From Amoebophrya sp. A120 (taxonomy: Eukaryota > Protista > Dinoflagellata), in the NCBI GenBank assembly GCA_905178155.1, contig CAJINV010000009.1:2147373-2211372 (forward strand): DNA of 64,000 nucleotides, given 5' to 3'. The translations under genes were made by a program, and so were the position numbers. Below are positions 1-11,626 of the stretch, one piece after another (positions within the stretch are counted from its first letter, which is position 1; every line of letters starts with the position of its first letter). The notes under the pieces were generated by a model. It was not told the origin of the DNA and did no database searches. It worked only from the letters and a program-made list of their open reading frames with translations.

Positions 1-29
1 AGGAAGCATAAAAATTTCAGTATCAGTAC

Positions 30-224
30 GTGCGGCTTCCAAACGTTGACAATTTCCTTTGCTCCCTCCTGATCAGCTACCGGCGCGACGCCAAACGTTA
101 TTTCCTGGGGAATGTCGTAGATGCTTGGCTTTGCCTTGCCAACGTTATCCCGCACCAGAAGTACGTTTTTACTCCTCTCTGCGACGATATCCAGATAGTT
201 AAAATCTGGATTACCCGACGCCAT
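30..224 (-). CDS. CFAP77: First exon of a CFAP77 (DUF4483)-like axonemal protein; gene continues off the left edge
   Basis: ATG at 224 gives MASGNPDFNYLDIVAERSKNVLLVRDNVGKAKPSIYDIPQEITFGVAPVADQEGAKEIVNVWKPH (65 codons), followed by GT at 29-28. The N-x-L-L-x-x-D-x-x-G-K-A-K-P...G...D-x-E-G-A...W-x-x-H pattern matches the CFAP77 N-terminus as I recall it. Absent from the ORF track because it is truncated. Confidence 0.7.
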
Positions 225-1675
225 TTTCTCAACGTCCCCACTCTAGAACCAACTAGGTTATCGTCCCCTTTTGTATTGTAGTGAGAAAAAAAAAACCTGG
301 TGGCACCAATGAGAGGTAGATGGAAAATTTGTAAACCTCAATGTTGTTGAGCGCAAAGTAGACAAAGAGCGAAGGCAATGGCAACAACTTCTTCTATGCT
401 ACGTATTTTTTATTTATCTAGTACTAGCAACGTAAACGTTACAGAGCCATACCTGGTGCGGTTGCGATAAATGGGTTCTTTGGACCACCATTTACGAAGA
501 TGCTGAAACGATGATACGACGTTTTTTTTGTTGCTGTCATCTACTAGACGAGTTACGAAGAAGATGAGTCATCACGTCTCGCAGCTTCTCTCATAGAGAC
601 GTACTTCTGCAGCGTTCAATTAACGTGGTGCGGTGGATGCATCTCTTTCTCTTTGTTTAATTCACGGCCCGAGCAATCGCACGGCGAGGTACAGATCGAT
701 GCGAGCGAAATCAACATCGGCCGAATGTCAGTGCTCTCTGGTGCACTCAGATTGCTAGTAGAGCTCACGATGATGACGTAGTCGTGTTACGTGTATTTGT
801 TGCGAAGTCACCGACAATCACAATAACGATCAAGCGAGATACTAAGTTGCTTGATCTGCAGCTACGACACGGCTCAGCGCTGACAACACGATATTTTTTT
901 TCTCAGAATAGGACGGCATCAGCCCGTGGTCTACTCGTCCTGGCTACGTCTCTCACTACAGGTATACACCAGCTCTTCATTCTTTTCTCAATTTCATCTT
1001 CAAGCTTTCATTTCTTTATTCTCGAAAAATCACAACAAAGTTACGTCGTGTACTCCGCCAACGGGTTGCTCTGCACTCACTCTGCACAAAAATAAAGAGA
1101 AATACGTATACGTTGAAAATGAATTGCTGTGTAAATCTAAATGGCAGGTGGCGAAGATCCTCGTCCGTCGAAGTCTTTTGTACAAGTGCACGGCTTCATC
1201 ATGACATAGGCAAGGAAATCATGACTATCAGCTCTTTCTTTTTTACACATGCGAAAAACAAAAAAAAATAATGATAAAGTAAATGCGAACTAGTGGCTCC
1301 TTAGACTGGAGGTGGCGCATGAGGTAGAAGCACACCCTTGTCCTTGCTTTGTTATTTCTGTTGAAAAAATCATAGGTAAACACTTCATGCTGCGTGTCGC
1401 AAAGAAAAAGAATGGATACAGACGACAAGAAAAGCTTAGTATGCGTTTCGCTAGATTTCAGACAAATCTAGAGCTCCAAGCGGCAAACCTTCCATTTCGC
1501 TACAACGACCTACTGGTGCTAGTACTTATTTCTTTCGCGGTCACTAAGTATGGGCTTCGCTTTTGAAACATGAAAATCGACATGCAGATGAAGTGTTGGT
1601 GTATGTATAAAAGCACGACTATGGTACATCCTTGCAAAGCTGCTGATGCGAGTGCAACCATATGCATGTAGCTCA

Positions 1676-4600
1676 TTATGGCACACTGGCGCTCCGCAGG
1701 AAGTAACTCGGCTCGGTAGTCACGTTGAAAAGAGTGACGTCGAACGGCTCATCCGTTTCAGTAGTTGCTAATCCGTGAGAATCCATTGCTTGCAAATCTG
1801 GACGAGAAGCAGCTCCGCTGTCCTGCCCGTTTTCGGGGAACGAAGGCAGGACAACATCACCGATTGGAGGCGTAGTCGATCTTGCGTGGGACGCACTCCA
1901 CGAGGATTCTGCGCTGTCCAGTACCCAGCTACCCGGCGAAGCAGTTCCGTGTAGATCCAGAGCTGGTAAGGAGAACTCCGAGTCGGGCCCGTGCGGCATC
2001 GGAACGGACTGCAGAAAGGGAGACCTGGCTGTTACACCCAAGTAGGGCGAAGCCACTTGGCTTCCCGAAGGCAACGGGGACGGGGTCCGCGTTCTTGGCA
2101 TGCGATTCACGTCCAGAAAATCATCACCTCCATCGGCTTTTTCCATCGCGCAATTTTCTCCAACGCACCGGGGTCGCGACCGAGAGGCGGCCTGGGCGAC
2201 TTGTTCGGCTGGTTCATCTACTTCGCTATGCACAGGTTCATGATGCTCCCTCGGAAAGGACCAGTAGGAATGACCTTCCTGCTGCTGTTGAAGAAGGCCA
2301 CCGCCGGGTTCAACAGTAGAGCCAAATAAAGAAGTCCCCGCATAATTTGCAGTTGTGTCCTCGCAGCAGCAGTTGACAAAGAATTCATCTTCATCCGCAT
2401 TACCCGGGGCTGCGGGTCCGAACCGATGAAGAGGAAGTCCACCTCCAAAAACGAAGGTTGAAGGTGAAGCTTGCGGGGCTTCCGCTTGCTCGCGCGCGTT
2501 GGTTTGTGAAGTCTCACCCCATAATTGTCCGCCGTCGTGCTCACCGGCTCCTGCTGCACCCGCCGAACTACAAAAGCCAAAGCAATGCTGGTGCTCCTCC
2601 ATGACGATATTGGCCGCGACGCCGTCGCCGGCATCTTCCTGTGCATGTGCTTTATCTGGTTCATAGACTTGTGCTTGATGCCCGGAACAATGGAATAGTG
2701 TGTCCACGTCTCCAAAATACTCCTGAATGTTAGTCCAGAACTGGTCGCTCTCAGAGTGCTGGAGATTCTGCTGCTCCTGAAAGTCTGGGACTGTAATCGT
2801 GAGAGGCACAAAGCGTCCAGCACGGTGGTCGTACGTCGTCACGACCATTGGCTGCGTTATGGCTTGCTGTTGGTAGTGATGCTGCGGCAGTTGCGCTCCG
2901 GTCGCCACGTGGAGGGCAGCTCCAGCGCTATGCTGGGAAAGCGGCGGATTGATCACGAAGGAACCAGGAGTGGCACTACCCGGTACAAACTCGGTAGCAT
3001 TCGCGTTCCACTCGCGACTCGCCGCCCTTGCGAAATCAGATTTTATCGCTTCAACCCTTTTCATCGAATCGACGTCCGCCGAAAAATCGTTCCCGCCAAC
3101 GCCAAGCACAGTTGGTGTGGACCAGCATTGACGCTGATTTGCATCGCCGACATGAAATCCATCGTAAGTAGACGACGAAGCTGCATGGTGTTGGGGCTGC
3201 ATGAACGCATTTCCGGAGTTGACGAAACCTTGGCCGGGGGTAAAGCTGGTCGCTTTGGGATTTAGCTGCGGAATGGAAGAAGCCGAACTGGAATGCACGA
3301 ATTCCAAACGGAAATGCACTGCATCACTTCCTCCATGTTTCCCCCCGTTCCACCGCCACAGTTGGTCAAGCGTTTCGCGACCGGAGAGAAAATCCGTGTG
3401 TCGTATGGATTTTCGCCGATCCCGCACCCAGTACAGTGTTGCCACTCTCTCCTCCCCAGTAGCAGCAGACGCGGTGGTGCTTGCTGTCCATTCGCGATGC
3501 AGATTCTGACTCTGATGAAATGCAAACGAGTGATCGTCTAAAGCTGCTAATGCTCCTTCATCCTTGTTCTCGTCTATCCCTTCCATCATGGCCTGCAGTC
3601 TTGAGCTCTCGCGCGCGGCCTTGGAAGGAGGCAGTTGAATTCGCATGCCTTGCGGCTGCACAGCGGCGATGAACTGCTGAACGGTGAGCTGTCGCGATAG
3701 CGGCTTGAAGCTAAAGCAATCGCGGGACTCCTTGTTCACCACGAGATTCAGAATCACTTCAACTGACGAGCGCAGCTTGCCTCGAGCGTCGCGGTCTTCT
3801 GCTCTAATATCGTGCTGATGCATACTCTGCACTAGAGCAAAACCTTCTCTGCGAGCCTGTTCCAAAATCATCTTGCGCTCTTCGCTTTCGAGATGAGCGC
3901 CGTCCCGCTGAAGATCATTTTCGTATCTTCTGCTGTGGCGATCGCGATGTTGGTCGTACCAATCGCGTGCTACACGGCCAAGATGTTGAGAAGACGCTGA
4001 GGAACTGGATGCAGAGGATGAGCCCTCTCGTCCACGTGACGAGGCCCCAGGCTCGCTTTCCTGTTTGAAAGAAGATGCCATCGCCATTTTGGAGAAGTTC
4101 GTGTTCATGTAGGCGTGTTTCAGTGGGTTCTTATCATCCAGTCTTTGTCTTTCCTGTGAAAGAATCTCAGAAGTGACCGCGTGGTCTTTGTTTTTCTTCA
4201 AAGCAGACGATGTTGTGTTGGGTCTACAACCCTTGAAGCTGTCAAACTTCTGTGTGTCAATCACAACGAGTGGTGGAGCCGCGGCATTTTCATCTACTTC
4301 ATCACATCGTCGCGTTATATGGTTTTCTCCAAGAGCAAACGGGTCTGACTTTGGGAGGCATCCTTGGCCTTGGGCTCGGAAGCACCTCCAGCCAGTCGCG
4401 TTGTTCTTCGAGAAAATAAAGACCTCATTGCCTGTACTAGCTTCTGCCGGGATCACCGGAGAGGTGGAAGCGGAGCCTTGGAAGGAAACGGTTGGCCCGG
4501 CCGTGTTCTGGTCCAAGAATCGCTTGCTCTGCTGCCGCGCGCTCTCCAACTGCCGCACTGCGTCTTTCATGGCTTCGATTTCTTCCATACTGCAGCCAGA

Positions 4601-7600
4601 CGCGGCAGTAGTAGAACGTGTTGATTTATTCGAGGCTGCTGGGAAGACACCAGCAGCAGCACCACTAGTGTTCGTCGAAGCATGATCAAGAATTGAGGAC
4701 AAGTTCACACTCTTCACGTACCCCGGATGCGGCCATCCTACCACATCGTCAGTCGTTTGGACCCAGTCTCCTTGATTTTCATGAACTTGCATGATGGAGA
4801 ACGACTCCGTTTGCATCGCTTTCGCCATGCCGCTCTCCGAACTAGATGAAAGCGAACTTGTCTCCTGCGACGCGTTTTGTTCTCGTCTTTGGGCGAGAAA
4901 CCCAGTTTGGTGCGGGGTCGAAGGCCGCGAGCGCGACGCAGAGGGAGGCTGATGCGGCTTCTGTTCTTGCATGGACACGTGGTGGTCCTCAGAAATTTCC
5001 ATATCACTGCTGTTGCAGCTGCTCGCAAAGGAGAGTTTTTTGTTCCTTCGCCTTTTACTGTTGGCATCGGCAGCGAAGGCGGCAAGCGTCACAGGCGCGT
5101 CTCGCGCACTGTCGCTTATATTATTCAAATAGAGATTGGCTTTCATTCGTTTGTCTTCCTCGAGAATTGCTTGGGCAAACTCCTGCACTTTCTCGCCCCC
5201 ACTGTCCGCAAGTAGATGCTCTTCTGTCAACCAAAGATCCGACAGCGTCGGGGGCTGCAATGCTTTTTCTCGGCGTTCCAGCGCTTTCGTAGCGTCCTCC
5301 GCGAAGTACGGAATCAAAATTTTTACTTCGTGCAACAGGTGTAGAAACCTCGCCCCGCGGGCACGCCAGAGCTGCGGCAGATTAAGTTTCGGTGTGAGCA
5401 GGGCGTAGTGGTTGAAAGGAGTGGTAATCTTTAGAGCAGGGTGGACGTACTCTGCTTCCTCGTACATCAACTCTGTGTTAAAAAGCGTCAATCCGCTAGC
5501 CCGTTGTCGTGCAAATTCCTCCAGCAGTTCTGGTGTTTTGTTCTCCGGACTCACTTCCCTCGACGTGGACCCACAGAAATATGACCGCATGTCGAACAGC
5601 AATTCCACCATTCTACCACCAGGCTGCGCTGTGGTCTCTGGAGCCCCCGCGTCGCTAGAAGTAGAAGATACGTTTGTATTTGTTCGAGTACGGCTCGTCG
5701 CCCTGCTGCTGTTGGGTTCGTAAATATACAGAATGCCTGTCGTGTCATCTACGTTGGTAGTGATTTGGACCAACTTTTTATCGGCCAAGAAAATCGAAAA
5801 AAAATCCGGTGGCGCGGCGAAACTGTAGAGGCCAGAGCCAACCAACGTAAGGGGGGCGATTCCCGATTCCCGAATTTTGCATTGCTCAAAATCGATTTTG
5901 CATTCCCGCAGACGCGGATTGCACAAAATCGATTTTGCATTGCACGAAACCGAATCCCGCAAAATCGATTTTGCATTGCACAAAATCGATTTTGTATTGC
6001 ACAGCATCGATTTTGCGTTGCACAAAACCGAATCCCGATTTTGCAGTGCACAAAATCGATTTTGCATTGCACAAAACCGAAAGCAGCAAAATCGATCTTG
6101 CATTGCACAGAAACGATTTTGCATTGCACAAAACCGAATCCCGATTTTGCATTGCACAAAATGGATTCTGCATTCCCGCAGACGCGGATTGCACAAAATC
6201 GATTTTGCATTGCACAAAACCGAATCCCGCAAAATCGATTTTGCATTGCACAAAATCGATCTTGCATTGCACAAAATCGATTTTGCACTGCACAAAATCG
6301 ATTTTGCTCTGCACAAAACCGAATCCCGATTCTGCATTGCACAAAACCGAATCCCGCAAAATCGATTTTGCATTGCACAAAATCGATTTTGCATGGCACA
6401 CAACGCAGATTGCACAAAATCGAAGCCGCAGACGCGGATTGCACAAAACCCCTCCTCCAGACGCGCAATCCCGCAGATTGCACAAAATCGATTTTCCATT
6501 CCCCCAGAACGCAGCGCCGACCACAAGGCCGGTTTTGAGCTGACCACAGGTGGTTCGATGTTGTGGGTCGCGCAAGGGCTGTTGAAGGCCACACAATCGC
6601 CCGACCACACAAAATCGATTTCGCAGCTTCCCAGGTCCGACAGAATCGAGCGGCCGCGTGGCTCAATATCGAGGCGGTGCGCCACGCAATCCGCCGGGCC
6701 GACGGACTAGGGGGGAGAGCTTCCAGCTATGCGCTTTAGCGGATCTCCCACAAAATCGATTTTGTGCGTCCGCCCTTTCTTCGCGGATGCAGTCTCCCAC
6801 GCCAATGCCTTACCAACCCCCGTCCCAGCCCGCGCCCTCAGAGGTACGGGCAACGGGCCCTACCGGCCACAAAGTCGATTCTGCAACCCCTCAACCCTAT
6901 GGACAACGTCGGCACCTTGCCGGACATTAGATTTTCCGGAGAGATCTGGACTTCCGGAAAGATCTCGGGAGATCGCTGCGGTCCGGATTTTCCGACTTCC
7001 GGAAAATAGAGCTTCCGAGAAAATAGCAGAAAATCGATTTTGTGCCTCCATTACTATTCAATAGTAGCGAGATCGGACTAAACCTGGTCCATACCATCGG
7101 CGGAGGCAGTTGCTTACTATCCAGTTGGTAAGCTGCTGCCAAAAATCCAAAAAAAATCCGAAGGCAGTCGCGCTCGAGGTGTCGCGCGCAAAAATCCGCG
7201 TTGTTTTGTGTTGCGTCCCGAGCAAAATAATAATTACTATTGAATAGTAACCAACTGCCTCCGCCGATGGTATGGACCAGGTTTGGTCCGTCTCCGTTAC
7301 TATTGAATAGTAACTCGCGCGCACTTTTGGCGCATTTTTGGCGCACACTCGGGCGCACTTTTGGCACACAGAAAATCGACTTTGAAGCGCCTCCGAATCT
7401 CTTGAAAGTGCAAGCGTTCGGATTTTTGGCAGCAGATTACCAACTGGATAGTAAGCAACTGCCTCCGCCGATGGTATGGACCAGGTTTGGTCCGTTCTCC
7501 TTAGCAATGAAGCAGAAAATCGATTTTCCGAGTCGATTTTCGATTTCGAGGACTTGCTGATGTCCCGATCTCGATTTTCGATTTCGGAAAATTCCGGATT

Positions 7601-10600
7601 TTTCGCAAACTCCGGACTTTTCGAAATTTCCGGAATTTCCGGAACCCGGAAAATCGATTTTTCGGCAGTCCCGGAAAGTCCAAGCAACGCGCGGACTTCC
7701 GGAAAACTTGCTCCTCTGGATTTTCAGGAAGTTGGAAAATCGATTTTGGCAAACAGCCGGACAGCCACCTGCCTTACCCACATAGCAGGCCCGCGCCACC
7801 TCTTTTGCCCGCACCACCACTGACGCGGACATCGCACAAGGAGCGGTCCAACAAAATCGATTTTGCACGCCTCGGGTGATTGAACCCGCAGACGATTCTG
7901 CGAGCCTGAAATAACTAAAATCCCCGACTCTGCGCCCCATCAAGCGCCCAGCGGCTGTCGAGGACTGAGCCGCGGCACCCACCGAGGGCTGTCTGTTTAC
8001 AAAATCGATTTTGCGACCCCCGCGCCAGCCGAGAGCCTGTTCCTGGCGCCTCTACGGAGCTCAGAACACGCAGACGGGGCCCATGCCGCTCCCGCGGCTT
8101 TTCAGAACTTGGGCCCGGATGTAAGTCACAAGCTCGGGCGTTTTTCATTGCTTTCTACGCTGGGCCAACGCGATGAATGTGCGGAACTTCATCGGGGCGC
8201 AAGTTCTGGAATTCGCGATCATCCCTAAGCCTGTAGCGTGCGAGCGAAACATCGATCGATCCAAGGCGGGCAGAGGCCCGTCCTCTGCGACTTCGCCCCA
8301 CGCAATCAATTTTGCAGCTTTTGCCGGATTTTCCGGCTTTTGTGTTGGTAAAATCGATTTTGCGACCACGCGCGGACTGTGTGGCCCCGCCCGAGGATAG
8401 GGCATCTTCGAAAAGCGTGCCCGAAGGGTGCGCACAAAATCGAATCTGTCCGCGGGTACTCACAAAATCGATTTTGTGAGCACCGCCCGCCGGGCGGAAC
8501 ATGACAACCCGGCGCCCCCAACCCGGCTGCGGGAATCTTTCTGGCAGCCCGGACGCTCCAGGGTGGGGCCTAACGCCTCAGGACACCGGCAAAAACTGCC
8601 GGGAGACCGAGTTGGCGCATTCTCGAGCTTCGAGAACGCGGGCAACCGACTTCGTTTCGCGCTACTTTGCTTCGCTTGTGGACGTTAGCAGCCGCGGCAC
8701 AAAGTCGATTTTTTGCGGCGTGCCTGGATTTTTTGCGGATTTTTTTCCGATTTTCTTAACATTTTTGAAGTCGGTCCAAATCAGTACTAATCTACGTACA
8801 CGGCGTGCAGATTCACGCCGACTTTATTCTTCAGTAAATTCGTCTTTGTTTGCGCAACAGCAGGCTGTACAGGTGTCGTGATTCCTGCGTCTGAAAAATT
8901 TTCTGCTTTGCCGGTGCTCATCTTTGTGGTGACGGCGCCATCGTCGAATGAACTTGAAGGAGTGCCACCACCACGTGCTGCTGATGAAGAGGAACTCGAT
9001 GAGATGGCAAGTGTTGATGTCGCGGACCATGCAGCTGGCGTGGAAACACCTCCAGATCTACTCTGCGGTGGCGACACTGACTCTTTCGTCGTGCGGGTAC
9101 TACCCGGCCCACCAGATGCAGTGCAGTACCCGCCACCCCTCAAGGGGTCATGAGATCGCATCGTACTCGTGGTGCCAAATTCATCTTGTTCGGCCGCTTG
9201 CGCGGTGGTTGTGTCGGAGTGCTCGTGGTCTTTTCCTGTCCTCTGACCCTCGGTAGTTCGTTTCGCGACTTGTTCATCAACACTTCTATTCTCGATGCTC
9301 AGAACTAGGTCGTGCACATGCCCCGCTTGTCCCTGCGTCATCGCAACATCTTCTTCAAGCGCCGATATCACAGGAAAAAGTGTTAACGTTAACGGTTTTC
9401 ATAGATTACAAAAATGCATGACAAATTTTGCCTAGTATGCATGATATACATGACAAATTTTGGCACGTTTTGGGATGCGTTTCTGCATCACAAATTCCGT
9501 TAACGTTAACACTTTTTCCTGTGATAGCCGAGGAGTTCTCCTCAAGCTCATTGCCACTCATCGTACCACCTCCGCTCTCCATTGACAGAAAGCGCGAAGA
9601 TGAGGACGAACCCGCACCACGTGGCGTCGCAGTCGCAGTAGAGCCGGTGACAACAGAGGACCCAGTTGAGGCGTCCGAGTGCTTGCGCCCGTACTTCGCC
9701 TGCTCCTGTTGATCGGATTCGGACAGTGGGTTTTCGACGTCCTCTTCCCGATTCATGCCTCCTGAAGCACTTGGTGCCTCGTCTCCGCAGCTGCCCTCGG
9801 CCGCGACTTCCGTGTCGCTCCATGCGACGTCGCCGGAACGCATCGTCCTCGTTCTCGTCGTCCCGCCAGTCTGAAGAGCAGTCGTCGCGCTGCGAGAGTC
9901 CTCGCCTTCGGCATCGGAGGTCAGGTCCATCTGCGCGTCTCCTGCAGCCAAAGTTGTGCTCGCGGTTCTGTAGTCCTGAATGAAATTCCAGTTTTCCGAA
10001 ACCTCTAGGGAATAGTCGTAAGGCACCATGGTGGGCGCCCACCAATAGGGCAAACGCGTGTAAATCTTGTCTGGCTCATGGCGAAAACTCGCGGTATAGA
10101 TCACCGGCGGTGCTACTGGCGGTCGAGAATCTGCCGCGACTGTGCGTGGTCTAGTACTCGATCCCTTTTCTATTTTGTCCGATTTGTTCTTTACTTTCAT
10201 GTTCCCATCTGCATTTGCCATTGCGTGTTCGCTTGCTGACTGTGGCCGTGGATACTCGATGGTATCCCCTGGCGCCACAATCACGTTCCGTATCATTCGC
10301 GCGTCGGGGTTCTCTTCAAAATCGTCGCCCAAAGGAATAAACGCGAGCTGCGTCGTGTGCCGCGCCGGAAGATCAGAAGACTCGGTGCCTTCACCATCAG
10401 CGCGACGAGGACCTAGACCTTCAACTTCCCAAGCCTTGTCGCTGTCTATTGGAACGAAACTTTCAGGAATCAGCAAGGACATCAAAGAAGCTGCAGACGG
10501 CTTACTTGAGAAAGACACAAAATCTTCAATTTGTTCCCGTGCGAGAGTAGGCGTCCCCGTCTGTTGGCCTTGGTCTCCTTCGCCTTCCTCAACAATAATC

Positions 10601-11034
10601 AAATTTGTTGCCGTAGCCGTTGTGTCTCTCGAACTCCTCGATCTCGATGATTGTTCTTTTTCTTGTTGCCCACTAGCACTAGCAGACGACGCGGACGAGT
10701 TCGTGCAGCTGGACGTCGTAGGGTGGTCATGGGAGGCGCCCAGTTTCATCTTCGCGCGCTTTCGCAAGAGCGCCTGAGCGAGTACTATTCCGCCGCTGGT
10801 CGTCGTAATGCTGGGGTATAATGTTGACCAGAAAAGCGAACTGCAACAAATCGAGACTAGCGAGCTTCGTCCGGCGACGTGCCGCCCGGCCGCTTGAAGT
10901 CGCGAACGCGCGTTGGGTCTTGCCACGTGACACTGCGAAGGCACCATGGCACTACTTTTTGTGGGCTTTATACGGATAGGAGCAGGACGAGCGAACTTTT
11001 TGGTTTTTCTTTTATTTACTCCGGTGCCGGTCAT
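1676..11034 (-). CDS. Large (~2049 aa) low-complexity protein with two PAM2-like motifs; exons 11034-9527, 9360-8790, 5746-1676
   Basis: ORFs 9406..11034, 8787..9371 and the non-repeat part of 1676..6685 join in frame (ENSS|ALEEDV and LHAVYVD|DTTGILYIY) when the two TIR elements plus one TSD each are removed; total 6150 nt. PAM2-like motifs: QLNPKATSFTPG and EWNANATEFVPG. Confidence 0.7.
5871..6495. repeat. Minisatellite of near-palindromic ~21-bp units (TTGCACAAAATCGATTTTGCA) with variant units
   Basis: Tandem copies around the palindromic core AAAATCGATTTT, interspersed with AAAACCGAATCCCG and CCCGCAGACGCGGA variants. Explains the repetitive ORFs in all frames. Confidence 0.9.
7051..7494. 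repeat. Nested inverted-repeat cluster inside the 3-kb element
   Basis: A ~75-bp unit (CGGACTAAACCTGGTCCATACCATCGGCGGAGGCAGTTG...AAAAATCC) at 7074-7148 is inverted at 7420-7494, with a partial inverted copy at ~7253-7290. The palindrome TTACTATT(G/C)AATAGTA(A) occurs at ~7051, 7234 and 7297. Confidence 0.85.
9366..9526. mobile_element. 161-bp introner-like element (30-bp TIR, 5-bp TSD GCCGA); non-canonical intron
   Basis: Perfect TIR TATCACAGGAAAAAGTGTTAACGTTAACGG. GCCGA at 9361-9365 and 9527-9531. Removing 166 nt restores the host frame. Confidence 0.9.
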
Positions 11035-11626
11035 CTAGGTCTTGCTCTCATTCGCTTATTTGCATGTGTATCGAATCATAAATCCTACTTCATGAAAATC
11101 CGTCCATAGACATCAAGATCAACAAACAGAAACAGAACATACAACGTCAAGGCATTGAGCCTGCTGATACTGAGTGAATCTTTTGAAGAAATCAGATATG
11201 CATAATGATCGTAAGAAACGAAAGAGGATCGCGCGAGCGTGTCAGTATTGGATCGATATGGCAACAACATCTCAAGTCTGATGATAGATGAACGCGTCCT
11301 GCTAAACGAGTTGTACTACAGAGATCGCTTGACTTCCGACCAAACACAAGAGAAGGTATGGTCAATACAACAATGACCCAAAATAACAAGAACGCTACAC
11401 GATGAATGAGCCAAGACGGTGGTTCGCTCGCGAGGCTGCTGCATGTCCTTGCCGCAGCTAAAAACTCATCTATCTATATATTTTCTATTTGAGTTGTTGT
11501 ACTCGTCGGAATTACAATTATCCCGTTCTCGTTGCCAATTCAAACATTGATTAGGACGTATCGATTTTTTCTGAGATACTTTCTTGCCTCCATAAACTCC
11601 AGAAGCACGACAACTTCCTCTGCTAG

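Larger units (their letters stand above)
5755..8789. mobile_element. 3035-bp non-autonomous TIR element with 8-bp TSD (hAT-like by TSD length), occupying an intron position
   Basis: ATCTACGT is duplicated at 5747-5754 and 8790-8797. Left end TGGTAGTGATTTGGACCAACTT...AAGAAAATCGAAAAAAAATCCG matches the reverse-complemented right end TAGTACTGATTTGGACCGACTT...AAGAAAATCGGAAAAAAATCCG (~54 bp, imperfect). No recognisable transposase. Confidence 0.85.

Noticed and set aside
5871-6495. Possible CRISPR array
   Set aside because: Units are tandem with no unique spacers, there are no cas genes, and the context is eukaryotic.
5749-6710. Repetitive ORFs (QNRFCA/KSILCN/KIDFVQ) in all frames, including the first ~310 aa of ORF 1676..6685
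   Set aside because: They are translations of the stop-free palindromic satellite inside the TIR element; the host frame continues from 8790 instead.
6500-8789. Transposase or other protein within the 3-kb element
   Set aside because: Only short repeat-derived ORFs are present, with no DDE, BED-finger or hAT dimerisation motif that I can recognise.
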